IMG/VR virus record: IMGVR_UViG_3300048576_000618 | Span: 1-35,432 of that record | Reading direction: 5' to 3' (one strand) | Length of the DNA: 35,432 nucleotides | From: a virus | Taxonomy: Duplodnaviria > Caudoviricetes | Part shown: positions 1 to 9,700 of the stretch, piece by piece | Position numbering within the stretch: the stretch's first letter is position 1 | How the letters are laid out: every line of letters starts with the position of its first letter | Program-made: the position numbers and the translations under genes | The notes under the pieces: model-generated | Told to the model about the DNA's origin: nothing | What the model saw: the letters and a program-made list of their open reading frames with translations, nothing else | The model's database searches: none

Positions 1-588
1 TTATTTTAGTTTGTAGTATAAAGAGAAAAGGTAATTTTTTGACGTAAAATTAGTTTGATATTGTGCCGAAACCCCAATATCATAATAATAGGCTCCTATA
101 CCTGCGCCTATCCATTTATTTGTGCTATATGACCCGACTATAAACGGCGTGAATACCCGTTTCTTTTCGATTGTCGTCACTTTTTGCATCGGAGTAAAGT
201 TGTAACTTAGTTTTTGAAGCAAATTGTACTGCACGTCCGCGGATACAATTAATTTGCCATTATCATCGTCAAACAGCTGTTTCCGGTAGCTATTCTTTGT
301 AATGTAGTTTTGAATGATTTTAGCCGTGTCAGTTTTTAGAATTACAGCATAAGGCACAGAATCACCTGGAAGATAAACTGTATCAGGTTTCGCGGGAAGT
401 GCAGGGTTATCGGGTATCTCCGAATGATACGGCGATAACTGTTGCGAGTATAGCGTATCCGTAACTGTTTTCCCAGGCACTAACTTTGTTGTTGTTTTAA
501 CTTCAGATGTTTGACGGCCAACAAAGAATCCGACAGCCAGCAATAGAATGGCAACTGCTATTTTCCAGTATTTTTTAAGTGTTTCCAT
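1..588 (-). CDS. Lysis-cassette membrane-anchored protein (Rz/i-spanin-like position), 195 aa
   Basis: Likely start METLKKYW at 588 rather than the track start at 813. N-terminal hydrophobic helix IAVAILLLAVGFFVG; last gene of the holin-endolysin cluster. Function is inferred from position only. Confidence 0.55.
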   Translation of the reverse strand: METLKKYWKIAVAILLLAVGFFVGRQTSEVKTTTKLVPGKTVTDTLYSQQLSPYHSEIPDNPALPAKPDTVYLPGDSVPYAVILKTDTAKIIQNYITKNSYRKQLFDDDNGKLIVSADVQYNLLQKLSYNFTPMQKVTTIEKKRVFTPFIVGSYSTNKWIGAGIGAYYYDIGVSAQYQTNFTSKNYLFSLYYKLK

Positions 589-593
589 CGCTG

Positions 594-833
594 CTATCTT
601 TTTTGTGCAAATTGTGCAGTACCGGCAATAAAAGCACATCCGGCAACTACATAACCAAGCACGGTTATTAAAGTTGGATTCAAACTGAGAGACATAACTG
701 CATTTGCTGAAATAACTGCTCCACATGATACGCCTAATTTCAAAGCTGAATTTCTCAACTTTTTGAAAAATGGGGGAAGATCGGTCTTTAACCGGCTTTT
801 TGCTTCTTTGCAAAAATCAAATAATTTTTTCAT
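594..833 (-). CDS. Small two-helix membrane protein, possible second holin or antiholin
   Basis: 79 aa with a basic N-terminus and two hydrophobic stretches. ATGA overlap with the endolysin stop. Confidence 0.55.
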   Translation of the reverse strand: MKKLFDFCKEAKSRLKTDLPPFFKKLRNSALKLGVSCGAVISANAVMSLSLNPTLITVLGYVVAGCAFIAGTAQFAQKR

Positions 834-1396
834 ACTGCGTTTTTGAAAAGTTGATAATTTGCGGCCATAGTTTCGTCATACGGAGTCCTACCCCACTTAA
901 TGGCCATTTCTTTGTATTTTGCTCCATTGTAGATATAGGCCACAATTCCCCAACATTTAGTTTTTAACGCGGCCAACAATTTTGCGTCCGTCTGAATGAA
1001 CCGGATGATTTGCCATACTTGACGATCAATACCCTTCTTTGCGTCATCCCACATTGCCCCAACTGAAGCATATCCGAGTCTTTGCCAATGTTCACCCATT
1101 ATTTGACCGAGACCGATGCTGGTAGCCTCCATTGCAGCATTAGCATTCTTCGCAAACGCATCGTTAAACGCTTTCCACTCCGCAGCCTGACGTTCCACAC
1201 CATTAAGTGACCAAAGCCCGGATGGAGCATAGGGAGCTTGTTTACGGAACCACACGGGTTCAAACTGGATGGTTATCTTTCCGGTTGTCGGATCGAAGCC
1301 CTGCCCGCCTGTTTCGGTTTGGATGAAAGCAAGTACCGAGGCGAGCTCTATATCGCCCCGGTACTTGTTCGCTGAGTCAATTATTTGTTTGTTCAT
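830..1396 (-). CDS. Endolysin, N-acetylmuramidase (DUF3380-like)
   Basis: Motifs ETGGQGF..IQFEPVWF, ATSIGLGQIMG.HW..LGY and YNG..Y are typical of DUF3380 muramidases. Lies directly after a holin. Confidence 0.88.
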   Translation of the reverse strand: MNKQIIDSANKYRGDIELASVLAFIQTETGGQGFDPTTGKITIQFEPVWFRKQAPYAPSGLWSLNGVERQAAEWKAFNDAFAKNANAAMEATSIGLGQIMGEHWQRLGYASVGAMWDDAKKGIDRQVWQIIRFIQTDAKLLAALKTKCWGIVAYIYNGAKYKEMAIKWGRTPYDETMAANYQLFKNAV

Positions 1397-1853
1397 TTTT
1401 TTTCTTCAGATTAAAAAGATTTCTAAAATATCCAATTCCTTGAATTGTAACAATGTCATAGAGTAATTCAACTGCTTTGTTTCCGGGAAGTAACTGTTTG
1501 CCATTTTTGAGTATATTGATTACGTACGAATAGGAGACTATCACCGAAAACCACCTTACCCCATAATCTGATAATATACTTTCGTGAAGGTTAACGCTAA
1601 CGGCAGATAAAAAAAACATCAAACCGAAATAATAGCACATCTGTATGATTGCATCAAAAGACTTTTTCATGCTGAACGAAGCGTTATTAACCCTTATATC
1701 GGTAACGAATCCTGTAATGTAATTTACCGTAAAACCAACAAGAAGAATAAAAAAGGCCTCTTTCATTGGTAAAAATGTGGACACAATACCAGTGAATATA
1801 AACTGAAAAACTCCCTTGATAAAATCCAAAAAACGCGCTATTAATTCTTCCAT
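1377..1853 (-). CDS. Holin (phage holin 4-like)
   Basis: 158 aa with several hydrophobic segments, including NYITG and SYVINILKN patterns. Precedes the endolysin. Confidence 0.75.
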   Translation of the reverse strand: MEELIARFLDFIKGVFQFIFTGIVSTFLPMKEAFFILLVGFTVNYITGFVTDIRVNNASFSMKKSFDAIIQMCYYFGLMFFLSAVSVNLHESILSDYGVRWFSVIVSYSYVINILKNGKQLLPGNKAVELLYDIVTIQGIGYFRNLFNLKKKNEQTNN

Positions 1854-1864
1854 GATCGTACTAA

Positions 1865-2152
1865 TTACTTTGTCAATCCTGCAACTATGTCGTAAAAATC
1901 GGATAATACTTGTGCTGTTTCATCTTTTGTCAAAGAGCTTGATAGCGTTGTACAATAATTAGTGTTATCATATTGTCCGGTACCAAGAAACTCTCCAATT
2001 GTTTCCGTTTTAGAATCATATCGACGAATAGCCGATGCAGTCACTTTGACGAGGTTTGAACCTGCTGTTTCTATTTGCACATCATAAATAAAAGATGTGT
2101 TTTTAAATTGCGATGTACGCAATCCGCTTTGTGATAAAATTTGTTCTTCCAT
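1865..2152 (-). CDS. Hypothetical protein downstream of the tail-tip gene
   Basis: 95-aa ORF, co-oriented and tightly packed in the late operon. Confidence 0.7.
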   Translation of the reverse strand: MEEQILSQSGLRTSQFKNTSFIYDVQIETAGSNLVKVTASAIRRYDSKTETIGEFLGTGQYDNTNYCTTLSSSLTKDETAQVLSDFYDIVAGLTK

Positions 2153-2173
2153 AATTGAATTGTTAATTATTAA

Positions 2174-5100
2174 TTAGTTGTCAAGGTATACACATCCGGT
2201 TTGTTTATCGTAACAGAGACTGACCCTATTTGAATCATTTCCGCTTGCAGACTGCGACCAGGAAGGAAATAAAGCCCTGAATAATACCTTTCTTACCGTC
2301 TGTCCATCTTGCTGAAAGTTTTGCCAGCCTAATTGTAAATTTCGTAACGTAGAACCAGCCACCTCGCTATGGTCAAAACCACCTAATGGCGATATTCCAG
2401 CGTGGGAATATACCGAAGCTGAACGCACTAATTCGGCATTAAAGGAAGTCATCTTACTTCCATCCGTATCAGTAATCCACGAAAAAGAACCAATTACATT
2501 ATTTGACGCGTCGTAAAATTTCAAACCGGCTCCATCTGGACTTAATTCTGCCCTTACCCCGTCAGATGCCGTTTTTACCGTTCCGGCTATAGATACATTT
2601 CCATTTGCATCGATGTCGAAATTATCAGTATCAATGATAATTTTTGAGCCGTTAAATTGAATAGCACCATTTCCCAATCGGAATGTTCCGTCTTTTTTAA
2701 ATAATGTAGATGCTATTCCGGCTAATGCATCGGCATAAGTGCCATTTCCCCACATTAAAATATTGTCTGATTGCAGACCGCTCATTCCTGCCGTTATTTG
2801 GCCGTTGAGTGCTTTCAACAAAAGCACAGTGGTAGCTAATAAACCGCCATTTATTTCCGTGCTGCCTTGCAATGCAGATGCGAGATATGTCAATGCACTT
2901 GGTACATCTTCTTGTGCTAATGAAAAATCAGTTGCTTTATTTCCAATTTCAAGTTTGAAATTTCTAAAGAAATAATAAAGTGAATTTTCTAATCCAGTGA
3001 TTATCAAGTTTGAATTTAAATTGAAATTTGAAATTTGGATTGAAAATCTTTTCCATCCTGTTGTCAATTGAGGATATAGTTTGTTGCTTGAATCCGAATC
3101 AACATAAACAGTCATTGATCTTGCACCTCCGTTGCAATAAGCGTCAAAAGACAATATCATTTGCTTTCCTGTTATAGATGAATCTGTTATCGTATCACCT
3201 ATGTATCTGAATATGCCGGCGGAAAAGTTATTTCCCCCTGTCGTAAGTCTAAAATAATCACTAAAATAATTGATAGTGCCTATATCAGAGGTATTACCAA
3301 CCCATCCACTTTTTTGAATGATGGTTTTTATATAATTCCTTCCGCCTACCTGTATATTATTTGCTGTTGTCAAAGCATTATCAGCCTGCGTTTTTGCCGC
3401 ATTGGCCAGCAATTGAGCCGTTCCAGCACTCGACCCGGCGGCACTGGCGGTGCTTTGAGCGGATGAAACGGCATCGTTAACAGATACACCTGATGTGAAC
3501 CTGAAGTTTCCCTGAATATCTCCTGTATCCAGATCAACGTACATTACTCCGCTTTGCGACTGAATTCGGCCAGTTTTGATATGCCGCCCATTGATTGTCG
3601 TGCCTCCATACGTTAGTGACAATAATCGCGTATTAGTTGCAGAGTCTACTGAATTTGCTATGCCAATCCAAAAATGGTAATAATTTACATCACTGTCTGA
3701 TTTTATTTGTTCTGTTGAGAACAACATGATTCCATTGCCGGTAGTCCTTGAACATTTTGCATAAATATAATAGGCAGAATCAGAAGTCAGTGTCAAATCA
3801 CCATCTGAAATAGCCCAAATTTTTGAATTGCCAGAAGAATCAGTAATTGCCTGATGAGTCAATGTACCTCCCGTGTACACGATCCTGTTTTTAGCTCCTA
3901 AATAGTTGGGTTGAAAAAGAGTATTCGTCAGACTGAATTGCTGCGACTTTGAGCTAACAGAAAGCATTGACGTCTCGATTGACAGCGGCCTTATCTTGTC
4001 CGTAAAGTAACCGTCAGGATCGAATACCATGTTCAATACCTCCTGTGAGGCTTTGTAGTTTTGACGTGCCCGTGCCGGATCGTTTAGATTGTTAAGGTTT
4101 ACGATTGTATTAATTGATTTTACATCCGTAACAGTTCTTGCAATTGTTCCTATCTCAACCGGGATGTCAGATATTGTCAACGTATACGAAAACTCATTGA
4201 TCAGATCACGCGAGAACCGAGTTATGCGTATTGCCTTATCAACTTCAAGATCCGAATCTTTAATGTGAATTACATCGCCAATTGAGAATATGTTTGAAGA
4301 CACACCACCCATTATACTCTTTAGATAAAATTGATCTATTGTAAGAGAGTATTGTATGCGCGGTTTAGAATACGTATCTAAAAAGCTTTGTCCTGATGTT
4401 TGCAAGTCTGTTTCAGCCGTATCAATATAGCTTTGCGGCTGATTTACATCAATCAATACATATTGATCACCTACGGCAAATTGAAATTCAGACAGCGTTT
4501 CAGAAGGAAATGAATAATTGTTTTCGTCTGTCTGTTTTACGATTGTAAAAGTCTTTGTTTCGTGATCGTAGGCTGTTGTCTCAAATTCATATCCAGCCAA
4601 CTTTCCGGTATTGAAATGCACCTTTGCGGATGTTCCAGAAAGCAGATATTTTGTTTCTCCGGTACTATCTTTTTCATTAAGATCGAACATGGCATTGTCA
4701 GCAAACTTATACACAGACGATCCAAGTGCTGTAATAGTTCCGATCCGACGCGGGTAGATGCTATCGTATATCTTTTTCCCCTCCCAAATCCCGTATTTAG
4801 CAATTGAATCTGCATCTTCAATATAGCTTAATGCTTTGCTTTTGCCCGGCAAGCATAGTACATCAGCTCTATACTTTGTAGTAACAATATTTTTTGAACC
4901 TCCATATACAAATAGCCGATTGATTATGTTCGACGATGATACCTTTTCGCGCGTCAACTCATAGATTCCTTTACCCTTTCCATATTCAAATACAAAAGGG
5001 AAAAGAGAACCCAACTGCCCGATATTGATAGTCCTGTTACCGGATCCGTCAATTGATATATTGAACTCAGTATCATAGTTATCTGAATTGCAAAGTGATT

Positions 5101-5599
5101 GAATAACAGATAAGCATGTGTCCGAATCACTGAACGATATTGTTTTTGTTTCTGTTCCTGAAGGATAGGTTCCAACTGACCATTTACCAGGAAAAATACG
5201 GTTTGCGTTAGCTACAATAATATCAAGAAACATTTTTATGTCTCCTGTCAATACGTTTCCGTTTAGATCCTGAATGATATTTCCAGTTGTATCAACATTT
5301 ACATTAAAACTTGCACGTAACAAGTCATATTGAACACCTTCGAGCTGAATATCATATTCAAAATGGCTATCAGATACCTTTTTTTCTTTTGCCGGAATAT
5401 TCAACGTATAATCACGCCCGTAAACAGTGATTTTGTCACCAAGATAAAACTTTAGTTTTTTTGCTGATTGTATGGAAATATCTACGGTGTCGGAATCAAA
5501 AGAAACAGTCTGACTTGCTTTTGTTACTGAACTAACATTTTCTTTTGAGTTCAGATTTAAGATAGTTCCGTCAATATGTGTGATTATAATTTGTTCCAT
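2174..5599 (-). CDS. Large tail-tip / Tal-like central fibre (receptor-binding) protein, ~1141 aa
   Basis: Probable start MEQIIITH at 5599, overlapping the Dit stop. N-terminal prophage-tail-like region (FEYGKGKGIY, RLFVYGGSKNI, IYP.R.G), an Ala/Ser coiled linker, and a GGRNY...KLEIGNKATDF carbohydrate-binding-like module. Follows TMP and Dit. Confidence 0.85.
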   Translation of the reverse strand: MEQIIITHIDGTILNLNSKENVSSVTKASQTVSFDSDTVDISIQSAKKLKFYLGDKITVYGRDYTLNIPAKEKKVSDSHFEYDIQLEGVQYDLLRASFNVNVDTTGNIIQDLNGNVLTGDIKMFLDIIVANANRIFPGKWSVGTYPSGTETKTISFSDSDTCLSVIQSLCNSDNYDTEFNISIDGSGNRTINIGQLGSLFPFVFEYGKGKGIYELTREKVSSSNIINRLFVYGGSKNIVTTKYRADVLCLPGKSKALSYIEDADSIAKYGIWEGKKIYDSIYPRRIGTITALGSSVYKFADNAMFDLNEKDSTGETKYLLSGTSAKVHFNTGKLAGYEFETTAYDHETKTFTIVKQTDENNYSFPSETLSEFQFAVGDQYVLIDVNQPQSYIDTAETDLQTSGQSFLDTYSKPRIQYSLTIDQFYLKSIMGGVSSNIFSIGDVIHIKDSDLEVDKAIRITRFSRDLINEFSYTLTISDIPVEIGTIARTVTDVKSINTIVNLNNLNDPARARQNYKASQEVLNMVFDPDGYFTDKIRPLSIETSMLSVSSKSQQFSLTNTLFQPNYLGAKNRIVYTGGTLTHQAITDSSGNSKIWAISDGDLTLTSDSAYYIYAKCSRTTGNGIMLFSTEQIKSDSDVNYYHFWIGIANSVDSATNTRLLSLTYGGTTINGRHIKTGRIQSQSGVMYVDLDTGDIQGNFRFTSGVSVNDAVSSAQSTASAAGSSAGTAQLLANAAKTQADNALTTANNIQVGGRNYIKTIIQKSGWVGNTSDIGTINYFSDYFRLTTGGNNFSAGIFRYIGDTITDSSITGKQMILSFDAYCNGGARSMTVYVDSDSSNKLYPQLTTGWKRFSIQISNFNLNSNLIITGLENSLYYFFRNFKLEIGNKATDFSLAQEDVPSALTYLASALQGSTEINGGLLATTVLLLKALNGQITAGMSGLQSDNILMWGNGTYADALAGIASTLFKKDGTFRLGNGAIQFNGSKIIIDTDNFDIDANGNVSIAGTVKTASDGVRAELSPDGAGLKFYDASNNVIGSFSWITDTDGSKMTSFNAELVRSASVYSHAGISPLGGFDHSEVAGSTLRNLQLGWQNFQQDGQTVRKVLFRALFPSWSQSASGNDSNRVSLCYDKQTGCVYLDN

Positions 5600-6240
5600 A
5601 ATACTGTCCCGGTAGTAGTTAATGACGTTATTTCGTCTATATTTCCAGTTATTACGATATAATATGTACCATCTATTGAATAACTGTGTGCTATTGTTTG
5701 AGATGTACCACCTACATCGTAAGTATGCGAACCATCCCCCCAATAGATATTCAACAGCTTTGATGACGTAACGGTTATACTTACCGTCTTATCAGAGTCA
5801 CTTGTCCTTATGTATTTCAGAACTTTTTTAACTGGCTCCGGCTCTTTCAGTTCGAGGGTAAATGTTCCGGTCATATTTGCATCACTCCACTTTTTGTCAA
5901 CGTCAACGTTTTTGCTCAAATAAACTTCGTACACAAGAGGATTAGATGAGTCTACGGATACCATAAGCCGACGTGTGCCGGTTTGATCAAACAGGGAAAA
6001 AAAATTGTTGCACTGAGTTATGAATGTTGATTTGCTTGCTGCCGTGATGAAGCATGTAAGCTTTATCTCTCTTGCTTTATAATATTTGTGTTCAAGATCT
6101 ATAACGTCTCCATGATACCCCTCCCAGCTGACAGTTAAAGGCTCTTTAAGCTCTGGTCTACTTAACAATCCATCCGATGCCGATACATGAACACCAAACG
6201 TTTTTATGTCAATTCCATCTATTAAGTAGTTTATAGTCAT
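5584..6240 (-). CDS. Distal tail protein (Dit-like) with a C-terminal PKD/Ig-like extension
   Basis: Sits between TMP and the tail-tip gene. N-terminal YLIDGID...FGV pattern; C-terminal IYWGDGS...HSY...GTY motif. Confidence 0.7.
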   Translation of the reverse strand: MTINYLIDGIDIKTFGVHVSASDGLLSRPELKEPLTVSWEGYHGDVIDLEHKYYKAREIKLTCFITAASKSTFITQCNNFFSLFDQTGTRRLMVSVDSSNPLVYEVYLSKNVDVDKKWSDANMTGTFTLELKEPEPVKKVLKYIRTSDSDKTVSITVTSSKLLNIYWGDGSHTYDVGGTSQTIAHSYSIDGTYYIVITGNIDEITSLTTTGTVLWNKL

Positions 6241-6241
6241 A

Positions 6242-6751
6242 TTAATAGGTGCTTTTGTTTTTCTCTATTACTTTTATCAATGCGTTTCCGTTTACTTTCT
6301 GAATAACCCTACCTCCATACCGGTTAATGCAAACTTTTGCTTCATCAAAAGCCACAACGCTTAGTGTGGTATTTTCAAACATGTCTATCACGACGAATGA
6401 ATTTCCCTCTGCTTTAAGTGTTATTTCGGAATCGTGCTTTAAAAACACTTCGCTGATGTTGTATTCGCTTACCTCCACTATACCGGTACATTTTCCAAGT
6501 GCTACTATTTTCTTATCATTAGCCACATGAATAGATTCGTCGAGATGTATGCCAAAAGATTCCATCTTGCCCTTAAAGTTTTTTCGTATGTAATCGTTTG
6601 TAGGATAGTCATTTGACAGACAGAAATCAATACCTCTCAGATACATACTCAAAAGAGCATTTGTATCAGTGGTATTAACCAAATCATTATACCATTCTTC
6701 ACAAATGCCTTTTCTTTTTGCTTGTTTTGCGAGATCTTTGTTTATACTCAT
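6242..6751 (-). CDS. Hypothetical phage protein, 169 aa
   Basis: Probable start MSINKDL at 6751, downstream of the operator and -7 box at 6759-6780. Confidence 0.7.
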   Translation of the reverse strand: MSINKDLAKQAKRKGICEEWYNDLVNTTDTNALLSMYLRGIDFCLSNDYPTNDYIRKNFKGKMESFGIHLDESIHVANDKKIVALGKCTGIVEVSEYNISEVFLKHDSEITLKAEGNSFVVIDMFENTTLSVVAFDEAKVCINRYGGRVIQKVNGNALIKVIEKNKSTY

Positions 6752-6758
6752 AATAATA

Positions 6759-6780
6759 GTATCACTGTGATACAAATTTA
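6759..6780 (-). promoter_or_regulatory. Operator palindrome GTATCACTGTGATAC (6759-6773) abutting a minus-strand -7 box TAAATTTG (6773-6780)
   Basis: Perfect 7-1-7 palindrome in the TMP/downstream-gene gap; the box matches the Bacteroidetes TAnnTTTG consensus. Confidence 0.7.
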
Positions 6781-6781
6781 A

Positions 6782-9700
6782 TTAATTCAAACCAAGCCCC
6801 CGTAATGAATCCCCAGAAAGTTTTGATAAAGTTTTATCAATGTTTTCAAGAAATTTATTGTATGCTGTATTTTTTGCGATTTCATCAAGCTTTAATAGTT
6901 GATTTCTCATAATATCGATGCTTTGAGCCTGATTGATACGAATCGCGTTTATATATCCGGCAAGAAGCGTCGCTGTTTCTTCAGTTACAGTGCTTGAGAT
7001 GCTGCCAGACAAAGAAGAAGAACTACTATTTGAATCTCCAAGGTATTTTTTAATGCTATCCGGCATCTGGTCGAGCACTGACGTAATACCAGAACTTAAA
7101 GACGTCAACTCGGTGCCCATTTGTGCGGCCTGAGTCATAACTGAATCAAATCCTAAGAAATTGCCATCCGAATCAACCCATTTAGCGAGATACTTGTTTA
7201 TGATATTACCAACAGGCTCTTCGACAAGCTTTTGTATGAGCATCTTTTTTATGACGTCCCCGACAACGTCATTTACCTTGTTCGCCCAAGCCTGAGCCGC
7301 ATCTTCGCCGTTGGCAAATGCTGTTATAATTGCATCTCCGAGGCTGTCTGCTACGTCTTTCACTGCACCTCCTATCAGATCCTCTCGAATAGAATTAACG
7401 GTATCCTCAATCTTGTTCTGAATATCCGTTATCTGATTTTTGTATTCGTCAATTTTCCCGCTGTCTGTTTTTTTCTTTGCCTCTTCAGCGGCAATCATTG
7501 CCTGATACTCCTGTTGTTGCTGTTTCAGATTTTTTATTGCAGAAACCTGATTAGCATACGTTTCAGACCCCAACGCTTTGTCTATTGTTCTCTCAAGTTG
7601 CTCATATGTAGCCTGAAGATCCTTTACATTGTCCTGGTGTTTTTTTATTGTAGCTTCCAGTTTTCGGTCTTTAGACCCAAATAACAAATCGTATCCGCTC
7701 GAAATTACACTAATCGATCCTTGAATGATCGAAAGGGGATTACCCGATGCAATTCCGGTAGCCAACTGAGATGCCCCTGACATAATACCGTCGATGTCAC
7801 CTATTACAGCTTTTGTATTCTCTGACATTGATATACCCATTTTATCCATGCCTCCAATAACGGCATCAAATGAGCCTTTTACAAGATCGATACCGGATGC
7901 AGCTGATTTGAATATATCCTTGAAAGCTTTGTCTTTGTCTTCGTCTTTCGTAGCTGATTTGTAACTCTGAAAAGCATCTTTAAGTGCTGCAAATGGATTT
8001 TTGGTTCGTATTTGATCGTTTATTTTATCCATCTGATCACGTAATGCTTTCAACTGATCCGGGGGAAGATTTAATTTTGACCATTCAGCTTCCAACCGAT
8101 TACGCAATTCGATCATTTTATTGATCGTAAGCGTATCCATATTTCCGAATAGAGTTGTCCAGTCTGTTGATTTCATTAGCTGATCAACTTCAAATTGCCC
8201 ACTTGATTTTTTGAAAGCATCATTTCTGGCAGCTATCGCATCCATTATTTGCTGCTTTTCGTCATCTGTTTTTGCCTTAAACAATCTCTTGTTAAGCTCT
8301 TCAATATCATTGTTGTAATTTGCTTGCAACTCAACAATCTGCTGCTGTGTAGTTTTGTATTGATTCAACAGGTCATTGAAGTACTTCCTTGATTCGTCAG
8401 AACTGGTTTTATCGATTAATTGCAACGCTTGCGTCTTTTGCTCAGGAGTAAGATTTTTATTGTCGTTTACCTTTTTACGAGTTTCTGCCAGCTTTTCAAG
8501 GTATTCAGTTGTAGTTTTAGAATCATCTTTCAACTTCGATAAGTCTTCTTGAAATTGTGCAAACGGATCCTTAATGCCTTTTGCCTCATTCAAAGCCTTG
8601 GTTAGCTTGTTAAGGTTTTCGATCTGCTCGGATGTTGCACCACCTTTTGAAACGATAGACTGCAATTCTTTTTGTTTGTTTTCAAGAAATTCAGTGTATG
8701 AAGAACCTCTGCTTTTCAATGCTTCAAATTGCTTGTTTGCTGCTTCCTGACCAAACATTATTACATACTGATAATATTCGTCATACTGCTGCTTCCTGTA
8801 GCTCATTTCTTCGTCAAACGAACGATATGTAAGAGCTTTTATCTTTGCTTCTGCGGCTGCAATGTCGGCAGTGATGTCAACACCTTTTTGTGTAGGTTGA
8901 AGTTTTGAATTGAATTTTGAACCAACAGCTTTGCCGGTTATCGAATCGTAAGCCGTAATACTGTCTTTCATTTTTTTCAAAACTTCAGTCCAATATTCGA
9001 GAGTGCCGAAAGGGGTAATTTTTCCGGCTCTTGCTTGTTTGTCTGAATATGACTTTAGGTGCGCATCTGCCTCTGCAATAAGCTGTGATTGCTTTCTCCA
9101 TGATTCAGATCCTTTTTCTGTATCGGCCATTGCGTCTCTGGCCGTTTGTGCATTCTTCTTTTGATCCTCCCAGTATTGCTTATTCTTTACAATGACTTTT
9201 TCAGTTCCAGTTGCCGTTTTGCTGGTTGCATCTTGAGCATCTCCAAAAATTGAAAGAGTATCTTTAAGGTCATTCTTCATTTTAGAGTTTAACTGATCGA
9301 TGTTGTCAAATGTTTTGCTTACTGATCCGCTAAACCATCCTACTGCCTGCGGTGATATTCCATTTTTGCTCAATATATTTTCTGCCGCATATTTTCCGCT
9401 CTTGTCAAATGCGGCTTTAACCTGAGACAAAAGAGCGTTACCGGCATCAGACCCCAGCTTATCCGTTAGTTTCTTTTGCACTGACTGCCATTGATCTGCT
9501 ATTTTCTCTGAGTAATTATCTGAAATATCTTTTGTGTACTTATCTTTCAATCTTGCTTTTGCAGAATCTACAACGGCTTTAGTTAGCTTGTCATAAGCTA
9601 TTTTCATCCCGTTAACCGTGTTCAACTCCGTGTTTAGCATTGAGTCGTACTGACCGTATTTTTGAATAATAGATTCTTTAGCTTTTTGATATTCCTCCGT

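Noticed and set aside
589-813. Long N-terminal extensions in the ORF track (e.g. starts at 813, 5743, 6775, 28515, 31570)
   Set aside because: They overlap neighbouring genes or promoters; downstream ATGs with AT-rich leaders or stop-start coupling fit better.
2174-5599. Diversity-generating retroelement or invertible tail-fibre cassette
   Set aside because: No reverse transcriptase, invertase or duplicated VR/TR segment was seen in this window.
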